Below are positions 13,077-26,152 of a stretch of 64,000 nt of DNA, one piece after another (the stretch's first letter is position 1; each line of letters opens with the position of its first letter). The position numbers and the translations under genes were made by a program. The DNA lies in the NCBI GenBank assembly GCA_043228905.1, contig JBHGNT010000011.1, positions 10,044,001 through 10,108,000 of the forward strand, in the 5' to 3' direction. The notes beneath the pieces were generated by a model. That model was not told the origin of the DNA and searched no databases. It saw only the letters and a list, made by a program, of their open reading frames with translations. This DNA is from Azolla caroliniana (lineage: Eukaryota; Plantae; Polypodiophyta).

Positions 13077-14467
13077 GCGGTTGTGGATATGTTGTCAAGG
13101 GCATGGTTCGGAGATGACATAGCCGAATCCGATAATTAAGAAATTTCCGAAAACTACTTTACTTTAGAGCACATAAGAGCAATGAAATTGAATAATATCG
13201 GAATTTCACAAATCTGATTGGGCTGGACATCGTGGAACATGGGCAACATTTGTGAAGATCAAGCAAAAATATTGGTGGAAGATTTTGTACAAAGATGTAA
13301 CAGAGTTCACGGAAAAATGCGAGAAATGCCAAATCTACTCCAGAGTTCAACACTGAGATGAATTACATCCGACATTCTCATCGACAATCAACTTCAAATG
13401 GATGGTCGACATTGTGGCCATGCCAACCGAGATTGGACAAAAGAAGTACTTGGTATTAGCTTGCGAAGATCTAATGAACCAAGTAGAAGGTCGGGTGCTA
13501 CGGGGAAAAAATGTTCTGTAGTATGCCAATTTCTCTTGGAAGAAGTGTTTTGTAGGTACGGGTGCGTCAGACAAGTGATTGCAGATTGGGGAGAACTTGA
13601 CTCTGATAAAGCTAGGGAATTCTTCGTCAAACATGGAGTACGGTTAACACTAACCACGACATACAATCCGGAAGCCAACGGGAAGATCAAACGAGGACGT
13701 AGTCCAATCGTTAAAGCAGTTGTAAAAGCATGCGACGAAAGGGTGAAGAATTGGCCGCAGATGCTTCCGTATGCACTATGGGTAGATCGCACAACGCATA
13801 GTTCCATGACCGGTTATATGCCAACAGAACTTATGACAGGGCAAGCACCGGTAATGCCGACGGAAACCACAATTGCGACATGGACAGTGCTGCCGTGGAA
13901 GGAAGAGATGAGCCGAGAAGAACTACAAGTGGTTCAGATACGACAACTAGGGAGAAGAACCGAAGACATAGCGGAAGCAATACGCCGACAATAAGAAGCA
14001 TGGTTCGGGAACAAAAGTTGATTCGACACAAACACCGTCTACAACCACAGAAGATTGAAGACGGAGATTGGGTGATAGTCTATGACAATAGTTTGGATCA
14101 TCAACATACAACGATCCAGAAATTTGCAAAAAGGTGGTTCGGACCATACGAAGTTCAGAAAGTTTTTGACAACGGAACCTACCAACTAAGTGAGTTCGAT
14201 GGAACGGTACTACGGGTGCCAATAGCGGGGAAACGGGTGAAGATTTTCAAGAAGCGAACTAACGACGAACCCTATATGACCTTAGGTAAGATCGTCAGCA
14301 AGAAGTAATCGGCCAAATATCACGGTGGTGCGGAAAGCGAAGAAAGTGGGCTAGAATTGAAAATCGACATAAGGGGAGAAAATGAGGGTACTACGGATGA
14401 AGGAGAATAACGAGCTCCAACAACTTCGACACATACCGGAGGATGTGCGGGTTCAAGGGGGGGTGAG

Positions 14468-15207
14468 TGTCGTAGTGTATTTCGTACACTACATGAAAAC
14501 TGTATATAGTACTAGATTAAATAAATATGAAGAAATATAAGAAAATATAAAAATATATATTACATGCATAGAGCAAGATTCAAACCTTGTACCTCCATGT
14601 AAACAATCCCCAAACCTTACCATTGTACTAACATATCATAAGTGATCTAAATATAGATTTGATAGGTATAAGACATATATTTACTCCTATTTTTATAAAA
14701 AAAACCAACCCATGCACATTTAGAGTGCGTAAAACTTTATTTAGAAGAAAAAAGCAAACAAAGAAAAAATTACTCATGCATGTCTAGAGTGCATGAGCAC
14801 TATATTTAGAAATTAAAAGCATGGTAGAAAAAGCTATTTAGGGACATCTAGTGTGCATGGACACTTTAGAAAAGCATTATGCTATGTTTGGCCTCTTCCA
14901 TCATTATATAAGGAAGAGAGAAAGATGTATATGGTTGTTGAGTTTTTTTAAGGGTTGATTAATATATTATATTCGTGGGATTCACGAATTTGCCATTTAT
15001 TTCTCTCTTGCAATCTAAATTCATATTCTTTCCTAAAACATTAATTAATACACTATACTCGTGGGATTCACAAGTTTCCTATCTCTCTTTCTTATAATCT
15101 ATTCATATTCATAATTAAAATTATCTCAAATTCTTCCTCGTCTTAATCCAAAACCCCATCGTTCTCACCTGACTCATGCAAACGATCCGACGCTGAAAGG
15201 CACGACA
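14468..15207 (+). repeat. 3' LTR of Gypsy 1 (740 bp)
   Basis: TGTCGTAG...CACGACA following the PPT. Confidence 0.95.
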
Positions 15208-15211
15208 ACGT

Positions 15212-17823
15212 AAATCAAAAGATCAAGGTGCGGATGCCAAAAGCTTTGACTATCATCTGCTTGAACTCGGAAGTAGACACCAGATGATAATATATAATGA
15301 CTTAGCCAGGTGGCCGGGCTCGGAAGAGCTCACATGTTTCCCACATGGAGGAGGGGAAACCACAGTTGATTACGTAATAGGATGTCTTGAAGCTACCCAC
15401 ATGATTAACTCCTTCCAGGTGGCCCCATGCCCTATTGGTGCCAACTATAGCTTCCTATACTTTGAGCTAAAGTGTGACACCTCCAACGTCACCAACCCTA
15501 GTCAACCAAACCATCACATCACAATACATTTCACGCATGAGCTCTCTGACATCTACTCCCGACATGTTCAAGCCCATCTCTTCTCTCTTGATCCTTCCCT
15601 TCCTTTAGAGGACCTCACTACAGAACTCACACACATCCTTCACTCAACAACAATCAATAGCTTCCCATACATGGAACACTCCAATCACAATAGAATAGGT
15701 TCTATGCCACATAACAAGTGGTATGATGAGGATTGTAGAGACTTGTATAAACAACTTAAAGTTTTGCAACTTAGTGATACTATTTCCTCAGTAGAGGCTC
15801 GCAAAGAGATGCACAAGATGACACATCATAAAAGACAAGCCTGGGAAGCGTCTCAATATTAGGAGCTCTACCACATGCTCGTGTGTAGGGATTGTGCCCT
15901 TGCATGGAAGAGACTATCGGAACCGAGATCACAAACACCCATCAAGGATCCCAACACTTGGCACACATATACTAAGAGACTCTACCACGTCCCGAACCAA
16001 CTACCCATCCCCATCCCCATCCCCTCCACACCTCAACCTACCATGGGGACACTTTTCACGACCGCTAGGGTCACAAAGGTCATAAAAAAACTACAACATA
16101 GGAAATCCATGGACCACACAGGTTTACGAGCTGAGCACATCATATATGCTCGAGAGTGCCTAGCCCCTTTTCTCACACTAATCCTTAACTGTGCCCTCCC
16201 TGAGGGTTTTCCACCACAATGGACCATGAACACAGTGGCCCCTATACATAAAGGAGGGAACCCAATGGACACAAATACATATAGGACCATTATGATAGGT
16301 CATATGCTCGCTAAACAATATGGTGCAGTAAAGGAAGCAGAGCTCAACAATGATTTGGAAGCCTTAAGTCTTTGAGCACCTGTGTAGGATGGTTTTAGAT
16401 GAGCCTTCTCCACTATTAACGATATCTTCACACTTAGATTCTTAATTGACCAGTCGAAGGCTCGCGAGAAGAAACTATATTGTTGCTTCGTGGACTTCCA
16501 TAAAGCCTTTGACACAGTTCCTAGGGAGCGGTTGTTTGATAGGCTCAAAATCTTGGAGATACCAATTGACATGATCTGGGCCATCTATGCTCTATATGAG
16601 CAAGTCTCTGGGTGCATAAGATGCCCAAGTGACCTATTTGATTGCTTCACCAACACCAATGGTGTAAAACAGGGTTGCCCCCTATCACTGACTCTTTTTG
16701 GGATCTACATTGATGAGATCACTGATTTTATTGCTCGTAAGGGAGGCAATGGAGTAGCCAATGGGGTACACAAGCTAGTCTCTTACTCTACGCAGATGAC
16801 ATCGTCTTGCTCTCGAAGTCTGAACCCGACCTACAAAAGCATCTTAATGCCCTAGATGACTGGTAGTGAATCTAGCGAAAACTAAAGTTCTTATCTTTCA
16901 TACATCGTCTCAAGTAAGGAGTAAATGTCACCTAATCCTCTCTCATAAATCAGTTGAGGTAGTTGGATCATATGTGTACTTGGGAGTCACCTTTAGTGCT
17001 TGTTCAGGTAAATTCTCGATGACTCAAGTAGCCAAAGATAGACTAACGAGAGGGTATGCATCCCTCTCACTCTTAGAGAGACAATGCCTCCAAACATACT
17101 TTCAAGAGCCACGGACTAAGGGATGGCTCTTTGACTCATTAGTGACCCCTTCCCTCATGTATGCATAAGTAGTATGGGCTCTAGGTCTACCATCCTTTAT
17201 TTGGACGAAATTAGTGAGACCTCTAGTGATGATGTTATCATGTGAACTCCGAAGCAAATCGACAATACCACATGACATTATTAAAGCAGAGTTCAGTTTG
17301 CCCCCAATGTTAGTAGAAGCACTCTTCCAAGTGGCAGTTTTTATTCATCAGATACATATCCAACCACAAGACAGGATATCCTGTGAAGCCTTTGAGGCAT
17401 CCCGATCCCTATATGCGTCCAAAGACACTAGCTCAAGGTATAACATTGTAGTGAGTTGATTACTTGCAAATGGCATAGACATTAATAACCTTCCTCCTCT
17501 TAAGTACACCCATGGGATTGATCAAACTTTAATCTCTCATGAAGACCGAAATAAAGTAATATGCCAAGAAATATGGCAAATTTACACCCGATATAAATGG
17601 ATCACCCCACAAGAGCCACTCCCATCTAAAATGTTGTACTATAAGGAACACTTCTTGCACTTCTCCAAGTTAGGTTTTATTACACGACCAAAATATCTAC
17701 ATACATTCTTATCAAATGCACTAAGGGTAGCCACTAGACAACTTAGGATATCATCTCACCAACTTGAGATTGAGAATGGTCGTGCTAATAGAGTCCTTGG
17801 AGAGGAAAGGCTATGTAGGTTAT
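15212..17823 (+). mobile_element. LINE 1 ORF2 remnant (endonuclease C-terminus and RT), possibly RTEX-like
   Basis: TTVDYVIG; DFHKAFDTV; GVKQGCPLS; LLYADD near 16783; LRISSHQLEIENGR...RLC; many stops. Confidence 0.9.
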
Positions 17824-18382
17824 TGTAAAAGAATAGCGTGTGGAAGCAAATAGAAAACCGAACACAGAAATGCAGGTTTAATGGAGAGCTTAGGATAAAC
17901 ACAATATGCGGGAGAGACAGAGAGAGAATGCACACAAACTCAATTCAAAAAATAATACTCAGTCTGTACATCGTATGTGTTCAGCGAACACTTTTATACA
18001 AGTCCATATAGACTGACAGAAGTACTGTGTACTTCAATGCTCACACAAGCGTCTGACACTAACTATGAGACATTAATTTCCTAGTAGTCTAGGCTGATGC
18101 TAGGCTTCCGGTTATTGATGGATCCGGCTAACTGGCTCCCCTGCTCACCAGCTCACCGATCCGGCTCATCCTTCCGAATGCCGATCCGGCTAAGGCTTAA
18201 GCAGGCGATCCGGATCCGGTTGAGCTTGCCGCTCAACACTCCCCCTCAAGCTCAACTTGAGGTCGGATCATAGTGTGAGTCTCCATGGTAGCCGGTCCTT
18301 CCACTCGGCTCCTTCTGGCGTCACTCCGCCTCGCTCATGCTCCTCATCCGGTCCGGTCCCGTTTGCCGCGACCCTTTTGTTT

Positions 18383-20822
18383 CTATGCACCTCGACCTCC
18401 TCGGTCAGCTTGTCTATTCAATAGGCCCAATTCAACTCCCTCATTGTTGTGACTTCGGTGCTCGCTGATTCGCCGATTCCTTCGTGTTGGCGTCGACTTT
18501 TGCTCCCTTCTCGTCATCTTGGCCTTGAATTGATCCGGTTCTTCCGAATCCGTCTGTTGAACTGAATCGGCTGTCTCCGATTCGTTCCAGCTCTTGTCCA
18601 AATCGATCGCTCCCAATTCGTTTTCCGGTTCCGGGCCCTTCACCACATTGGACCATGTGCAGGTCTTGGCAGCTCTATCCTTCTTGACTCTGCCGCCACT
18701 GCCACTGGTTCCGACTTGTTCGGATGTGTCAACTTCCTTTGTCAACTCGGCTCCTTTCTTCTTCTTGTCTCTCCCCTCATCAATTTTTCCCTTACCGGCG
18801 CAATCAATAGTCTCTTTGCCTTTGCCCGTTCCGGTGTCTTTGCCAGTTCTCCCCCTCAAGTGTGGCACGTCGAGATGCTGAACACCAAGCATTTCGGTGA
18901 AGTGATGCAACTTGTTTGATCCGAGCGGTTTGGTGAAGATGTCGGCAACATACCAAAGTTTGACTTCACCGCTCAGGACACGCTCACGCACGAAGTGGTA
19001 GTGCACTTCTATTTGCTTTGTGCGAGCATGGAATACGGGGTTCTTTGTGAGCTGCATGCTGCTTATGTTGTCACAGTAGAGGAGGATCGGGGTCGACACC
19101 TCGATCCGCAGGTCTTGCAATAGTTGCCGGAGCCAAATGGCTTCACAGGTGGCAACGGTAGCGCCCCGGTATTCAGCCTCAGTGCCCGAAAGGGCCACTA
19201 TTGGCTGCTTTTTGCTGCTCCACGCAACAACCGCGCTACCAAGGGAAAACATATAGCCGGAGGTGGATCGACGATCTGATGCATTGCCGGCCCAATCGGC
19301 ATCGGTGTAGCCGACTAGCTCTTCGGTTATACCATGCCGGTATAACAGGCCCTGTTCCTTCGTGCTGCACACATATCGCAAAATTCGATGCACGCATAGA
19401 AGGTGCTCCACGGTCGGCTTCTGCATATATTGGCTAATCACGCCGACCGGATAACTGATGTCGGGTCGGGTGATTGTCAAATATATAAGGCTTTCGACGA
19501 TTTGTCAGAACCGTTTCTCATCGCAGGCCAGTCTGGAGTCGGGACAAAGCTTTTGATTCCGGTCCAAGGGTGTAGAGATAGGTCGGCATTCCGTCATGCC
19601 GAATTTGTACAACATATTCAACACATAGTGTCTCTGTGAGAGCAATATGCCGTCGGGGGTTCGGATCACCTCGATCCCAAGGAAATAGTGAAGGTTCCCC
19701 AAGTCCTTCATCTCAAATGCATCCGACAGCTAGGACTTGACTCAACCGATTTCATCAAGTCTAGGTCTGGTGATGACCAGATCATCAACATACAGCAAGA
19801 TGTAGACCAGACCATCTTGACCTTGCTGGATGAACAACGAAGGGTCGGACTTGGAGGCTGCAAACCCCATCTTACGCAACCGGTGCGTGATCTTCGTATT
19901 CCAAGATCGGGGGGCTTGCTTCAGGCCATAAAGTGACTTCTTCAGCCGGTATACCGCCGACTTGTTCATCTCCGACTGGAAACCGGGGGGTTGGGTCATA
20001 AAGACCTCTTCTTCAAGATCTCCTTGAAGAAATGCATTCTTCACGTCCATCTGGTGAAGATGCCACCCCCTTGTTGCAACAACCGCCAGCACCACACAAA
20101 CCGTTGTCATCTTCACTACCGGAGCGAAGGTCTCGTCGTAGTCGATTCCGTGGGTCTATGTGTATCTCTTCGCCACTAACCGGGCCTTGTACCGGTTAAC
20201 CGAACTGTCGGCATTGTACTTTACCTTGTACACCCACTTACATCCGATCGGTTTACAGTGTCGGGGAGGGTCAACTAGGTCCCATGTGTCGTTGGCATTG
20301 AGTGCCCGCATTTCTTCCTTCATAGCTGCACACCAATTTGGGTCCTTTGCCGCTTCTACGTAGCTCTCCGACTCACGCACTTCCACCACCTTGGTCATGT
20401 ACGCATAGTGATGCGCCATGTACTCATTGTACTCGTACCGCTTCACGGGGTTCTTTTGGCGGGAAGACCGACGTATCTTATCATTACTTGGTTTGGGGCC
20501 CTTCTTGGCCGGTTCGGACTTCGTTCTCGAAGATCCACCTTCATCCTTTCCGGAGTCGGATTTGCTCCGATCCGACTCAATGTTGCCGGTTTCATATTTC
20601 GGCATCTTCTTCTTTGCGTGTGAACCGTCTCCTCGGTTCCTTGTGTGGCGAGAGCACGACATAGTCTCCATTACTCGCCGGTTCCTCATCCGACTGGTCA
20701 TCCCGACTAAGCCGCTCATTCGTTCCACTCAACCGAAATGAGATCAGACTCTCTTCGAGAGTGCCGAGGTCTTCATCTTCTATCTGGACCGGTTCAGGCT
20801 CACTAGCCTCATCCTCCAGTAT
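18383..20822 (-). pseudogene. pol: Copia 1 RT/RNase H fragments
   Basis: [42 protein letters not shown]. Confidence 0.92.
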
Positions 20823-20827
20823 CGGGT

Positions 20828-23800
20828 TGATGGAAATAATCGTCTCTTACGATTATTTCACCTATCGGCCACAACCAAGGAAACACACGAATCGTTGTTG
20901 CAGAAAATGGGAAATGCGAAAAATAGAGTAGACACACAATTTATCGTGGAAAACCCTGTACGGGAAAAACCACGGGAGTACAAGACTCCAAACCAAAACT
21001 ATGCACCGAGAAATATACAATGGCGAGCTGCAAGGCGATGACCTTGAGCTCGCTGTCCTCGCCACAGGCGGCGGAATTACACAGAGGCGTCGACCTCTTC
21101 CTCTCTCACGCTCTATCTCTCTCACGGCTGCTCTCTCTTCACTCCTCTTAAGTGGAAAAACAGAAAAATAAGTAGCAACATTAAAACTGTTTGCCCTAAG
21201 TCATATTTATACACATATGACTTTCGGGCTATTTACAACTATAGCCTCAAGGGCCCTTGGCAAACATATTCACAAATATGTCCCTGCATCCGGATCTCTC
21301 TCCGGGTACATTCGTCATCCGGCTCGGTAGCCAGGATCTTCATCATCCGGTTCCGAAACCGCAACCGGGCTTGTCGTCATTCATCTCCGACATCCGACCA
21401 TCCCATCCGAAAGGGACCGTAATCCCAACAAACTCCCCCTTCACTTCGGCATGGGATGTCTCTCCAATCCGATCCTCTTCCGGTATGCTTCCAGCTTGTC
21501 GGGTGTGAGCACCTTGGTCAGCATATCCGACCCGTTCTCGTCCGTGTGGACCTTCGTCAGCACGAACTCCTTGTCTTCTATCCTTTCCCGGATCCAGTGA
21601 TATCTTCGCTGGATGTGCTTCGTCCGGGAGTGATAGGCCGCGTTCTTCGCAAGGTGGATGGCACTCTGACTGTCGCAGTAGAGTCGGTACTCCTCCTACC
21701 GGATCCCGAGCTCTCTAATGAAGTCCTTCATCCATATTATTTCCTTGCCGGCTTCAACAGCTGCCATGTACTCCGCCTCTGTGGTTGACAACGCAACCGT
21801 CTTCTGCAGCCTCGACTGCCACGAAACGGCTCCCCCTGCATAGGTCATCACATACCCGGATGTGGACCGGCTGGTATCTGCATCAGCCGACATATCCGAA
21901 TCGGTAAAACCGTCAAGTTCGGGCTTACCGGAGCCGAATCGGAGGCACACGTTTGCCGTGCCCTTTAGGTATCGGAGTATCCACTTGGCCGCGTTCCAAT
22001 GCTCTTTGTCGGGATTGCTCATGTACCGGCTCACCACTCCGACTGCGTATCCAATGTCCGGTCTTGTACACACCATTGCGTACATCAGGCTTCCGACGGC
22101 AGAGGCATATGGCACTTTCATCATGTCCTCCTTCTCAGCCTTTGTCTTGGGGCTTTGCTTGCTGGACAGCTTGCAGTTTGCCGGGAGGGTCGATCCGACC
22201 GGTCTTGCTTCCGACATGTTGAACCGTTTAAGCACCTTTGTCACGTACTTCTCCTGTGACAGCCACAACTGCTTCTTGCTCCGGTCCCGGATGATGTGCA
22301 TCCCTAGTATTTGTCTCGCCGGACCCAAGTCCTTCATTGAGAAGGTTCGGTGAAGAGCCTTCTTCAGCATCCGTATCTTGACCTGGTCCCGTCCGACGAT
22401 CAACATGTCGTCCACGTACAGGAGGAGTATTAGAAAGTCTCCTCCTTCGAACTTCTTCACAAACACGCAGTGGTCGGACTGCGTTTTGAGGTACCCTTCG
22501 TCGGTCATGAAAGAGTCGAACTTCCGGTACCATTGCCGGGGAGCCTGCTTCAGTCCGTAGAGGCTCTTCTTCAACCGGCATACCAGGTGCTCCTTCCCTT
22601 TCTTCTCAAATCCTTCCGGTTGCTGCATGTAGATCTCTTCTTCGAGGTCACCGTGAAGGAATGCCGTCTTCACGTCCATCTGTTCTACCTCGAGGTCCAT
22701 GCTTGCCGCTATGCTCAGCACCGTCCGGATGGAGGTCATCTTCACTACCGGGGCAAATATCTCGTCGAAGTCGACGCCCTTCTTCTGCTGAAACCCCTTC
22801 ACCACGATCCTGGCTTTGTATCTCGGGGGGTTTCCGGCATCTCCCGGTTTCATCTTGAACACCCACTTGTTTCGAAGTGCCCGCTTTCCTTTCGGCAACT
22901 CCACAAGTTCATATGTGTGGTTCTCATACAGGGAATCCATCTCGTCCTGCATGGCACTCAACCACCTACGGCTCTGGGTGTCGTGCTTTGCTTCTTCAAA
23001 GCTCTCCGGCTCCCCCTCGTCGGTTAGCAGCACGTGCTCTGGTTCCGGAAATCTTCGGGGGACCCTTCTCTCTCTTAGAGGATATCTCCGTTCCGGAGCT
23101 TCGGTAACCGGCTCTTCCGTTTCCTCTTCATCCGAATCCATTTCGGGATCGGGGCCGGTTCCGGTATCAGTTTCATCTTCCTCGGCCGGTTCTGTTTCTT
23201 CATCGTCTTCGGCCGGATCCTCGAGTGCTAACCGGTCCCTTGCCGGTCGGGACTGCTCCTCGTAGAGTTGATCCTCACCGGTCGACTTGGAGCTCTTCAT
23301 CTTCTTCTCCGACTCCCAGTCGGCGAGTGTCTTGTCCTCCATGAAGATGATGTCTCGACTCCTGAATATCTTCTTGTCGACCGGGTCCCATACTCGGAAG
23401 CCGAACTCGTCGTCGCCGTAACCGAGGAATATGCATGGCCGGGTCTTTGGATCTAGCTTTCCTCTCCGGTCCTTTGCCACATGCACGTATGCGAGACACC
23501 CGAACACCTTCACATGCCGGTAAGATACTTCCCTACCGGTCCACACTCTCTGCGGTGTGTCTCCGTCCAAAGGTACTGAGGGTGATCGGTTTATCACATA
23601 TGTCGCCGTCGACATTGCCTCAGCCCAAAACCCCTTGGGTAATTTCGCATGCGCCAACATACTCCGGACCCTCTCCATTATGGTCCGGTTCATCCTCTCG
23701 GCCAGCCCGTTCAGTTCCGGCGTCTTCGGCACAGTAAACTCGAGCCGGATTCCTTTCGAGTGACAGTACTCCGCGAACTGCCCCCGGTATTCCCCTCCGT

Positions 23801-26147
23801 TATCCGCTCGTATCGCTTTCAGCTTCTTGCCGGATTCTCTTTCCACTCTCGCGTGGAGTTCTTTGAAGACGGACACCACTTGGTCCTTTGTCTTCATCGG
23901 TGCCGTCCACAGTTTTCGGCTATGATCATCTATGAATGTTACGAAGTACTGGGCTCCGCCATGTGACTTCGTTTCTACCTGACACACATCAGTGTGCACC
24001 AACTCCAATGGTGCGCTACGTCTCGTCGGTGGCCTTGAGTGGAAGGAGGTTCGGTTCTGCTTACCGGCCAGGCAATCGGTGCACTTCTCCAGGTGCACAT
24101 GCTTCACTGGAATAAGGTTGTCTTCTGCAAGCCTCTTCATCCCCTTCTCACTCATGTGGCACAGTCTTTTGTGCCACAGCTCACCGGCAGTGTCGGCTGC
24201 CACATTCAGCTCTTCCGGACATAACCGGGCATTCATCAGGTACAGTGTGTTGACTTTCCGGGCCCGAGCCACTATCAGGCTCCCCTTGCTGAACTTCATT
24301 ACGCCGTTCCGGATGCTACCTGTGTAGCCTTCATCGTCTAGCCTCCCGGCCGAAATCAGGTTCAATCGGACCTCCAGAACGTGTCTGACATCCTTCAGCA
24401 GCATTTTGCATCCGGTCGAGGTTGTCAACCACACGTCTCCTACGCCGGCAATCCGGCACGTACCTTCATTTCCCATCCGAACACAGCCATGCTCACCGAC
24501 TGTGTAGGATGAGAAGTATCTTCTTTCCGGGGTCAGGTGGAACGACGCTCCGGAATCGACCACCCAGGTAGTCTCATCGCCGGCAATGTTTAGTTCACCT
24601 TCTTCGGTGATGAGCATGATCTCCTCTTCACTTGCCGCGAGTGCCGTCGTTCCTTTCCGGTCCTGCCCTCGCCGATCCGAACCATTCCGGTCCGTGGCTC
24701 CCCGGTAAGCCCCGTTCCGTTCCGAAGACTTCTTCGTATCGGTGTCGTCGGCTCCGTTGTCTTTTCGGTAATGCCGACAATTCTTTCGGAAGTGCCCCGG
24801 CTTCCCACAGTGGAAGCATGTGGGCCTTCCTCTTGACTGCGACCGGGTCCCCGACTTCTCCCGTCTTTGCGGACTCCGGTTCCGTTGTCTTCCCCGATCC
24901 GATTCGGTAAACAACATCTTCGGATCGGAGGCCGGTTCTTTATCTCTCCGACGCGCTTCTTCGTTCAAAATACTTGTCTTTACCGTTTGTAGGGACAAGT
25001 TATCTTCGGTGCAGGAGGTGCTGAGAGTCACCACCAAGTTCTCCCAGCTTTCCGGCAATGTACACATCAGAATGATGGCTTGCATTGCATCCTCCAGCGG
25101 GAACTTGATCGCCGCAAGCTGGTTCACGAAACCCATGAACGTGCTTACGTGTTCCACCATACTCTCGCCGTCCCGGTACTTGAGGTTCACTATCTTCCTC
25201 ATCAGGGAGGTCCGGTTCAACGCATTCTTCCTCTCGTAGAGGCCCGACAGCTTTCGCCACATCTCATATGCGTTGGTGTCGTTCGCCACATGTTGTAGAA
25301 CGCTCACGTCGACGTATTGCCGAATGGTTGCAACGGCTTTCCGGTTCAGAAGCCTCCATTCCGACTCAAGTACCCCCTTCGGTATTTCCGACCTGTCAAT
25401 CGGTTCGTACAGGTCCCGAACAATCAGAAGATCCTCCATCTTGATCTTCCAGTCGGCGTAATTCTGCGCATTCAGCACCATCATCCCTGGCTGCCCGCTG
25501 CCGCCGCCTTCCATTTTCTGCAGCAACTCGCTCTGATACCAAATTGATGGAAATAATCGTCTCTTACGATTATTTCACCTATCGGCCACAACCAAGGAAA
25601 CACACGAATCGTTGTTGCAGAAAATGGGAAATGCGAAAAATAGAGTAGACACACGATTTATCGTGGAAAACCCTGTACGGGAAAAACCACGGGAGTACAA
25701 GACTCCAAACCAAAACTATGCACAGAGAAATATACAATGGCGAGCTGCAAGGCGACGACCTTGAGCTCACTGTCCTCGCCACAGGCGGCGGAATTACACA
25801 GAGGCGTCGACCTCTTCCTCTCTCACGCTCTATCTCTCTCATGGCTGCTCTCTCTTCACTCCTCTTAAGTGGAAAAACAGAAAAATAAGTAGCAACATTA
25901 AAACTGTTTGCCCTAAGTCATATTTATACACATATGACTTTCGGGCTATTTACAACTATAGCCTCAAGGGCCCTTGGCAAACATATTCACAAATATGTCC
26001 CCGCATCCGGATCTCTCTCCGGGTACATTCGTCATCCGGCTCTGTAGCCAGGATCTTCATCATCCGGTTCCGAAACCGCAACCGGGCTTGTCGTCATTCA
26101 TCTCCGACATCCGACCATCCCATCCGAAAGGGACCGTAATCCCAACA
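20828..26147 (-). mobile_element. Ty1/Copia element 3 (Tnt1/Tork-like), young and nearly intact
   Basis: 603-bp LTRs 20828-21430 and 25545-26147 with about 7 differences by eye; TSD CGGGT; iMet PBS 25530-25541; PPT about 21433-21441. Confidence 0.98.
21441..25514 (-). pseudogene. gag-pol: Gag-Pol polyprotein (about 1357 aa) with one internal TAG at 21696-21698
   Basis: 1276-aa ORF with CCHC, WVVDSGAS, HHCC/DDE integrase, YVDD and RNase H; the frame continues 85 codons past the TAG through DMLTK. Confidence 0.95.
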
Positions 26148-26152
26148 CGGGT

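Larger units (their letters stand above)
9843..14308 (+). pseudogene. pol: Gypsy 1 pol (RT, RNase H, integrase), split by two solo LTRs
   Basis: RT WFTVPKKNGSLRFIQDL, DLYSGY, FLDD; RNase H VTVDTSPIGIGW; integrase TTYNPEANG, KRWFGPYEV. Confidence 0.92.
1..15207 (+). mobile_element. Ty3/Gypsy LTR retrotransposon 1 (tRNA-Trp primed, possibly Phygy-like), degenerate, with nested insertions
   Basis: Partial 5' LTR 1-501 matches 3' LTR 14468-15207; PBS at 506; PPT AAGGGGGGGTGAG before 14468; domain order gag-PR-RT-RH-INT; followed by ACGT. Confidence 0.95.

Noticed and set aside
21696-21698. Programmed stop readthrough into an env-like ORF
   Set aside because: The downstream 85 codons are the RNase H C-terminus, and the paralog has Gln there.
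21862-25547. Plus-strand ORFs overlapping Copia 3 (also 37310-38125, 27302-27982)
   Set aside because: Antisense shadows of GC-rich coding sequence with no recognisable motifs.
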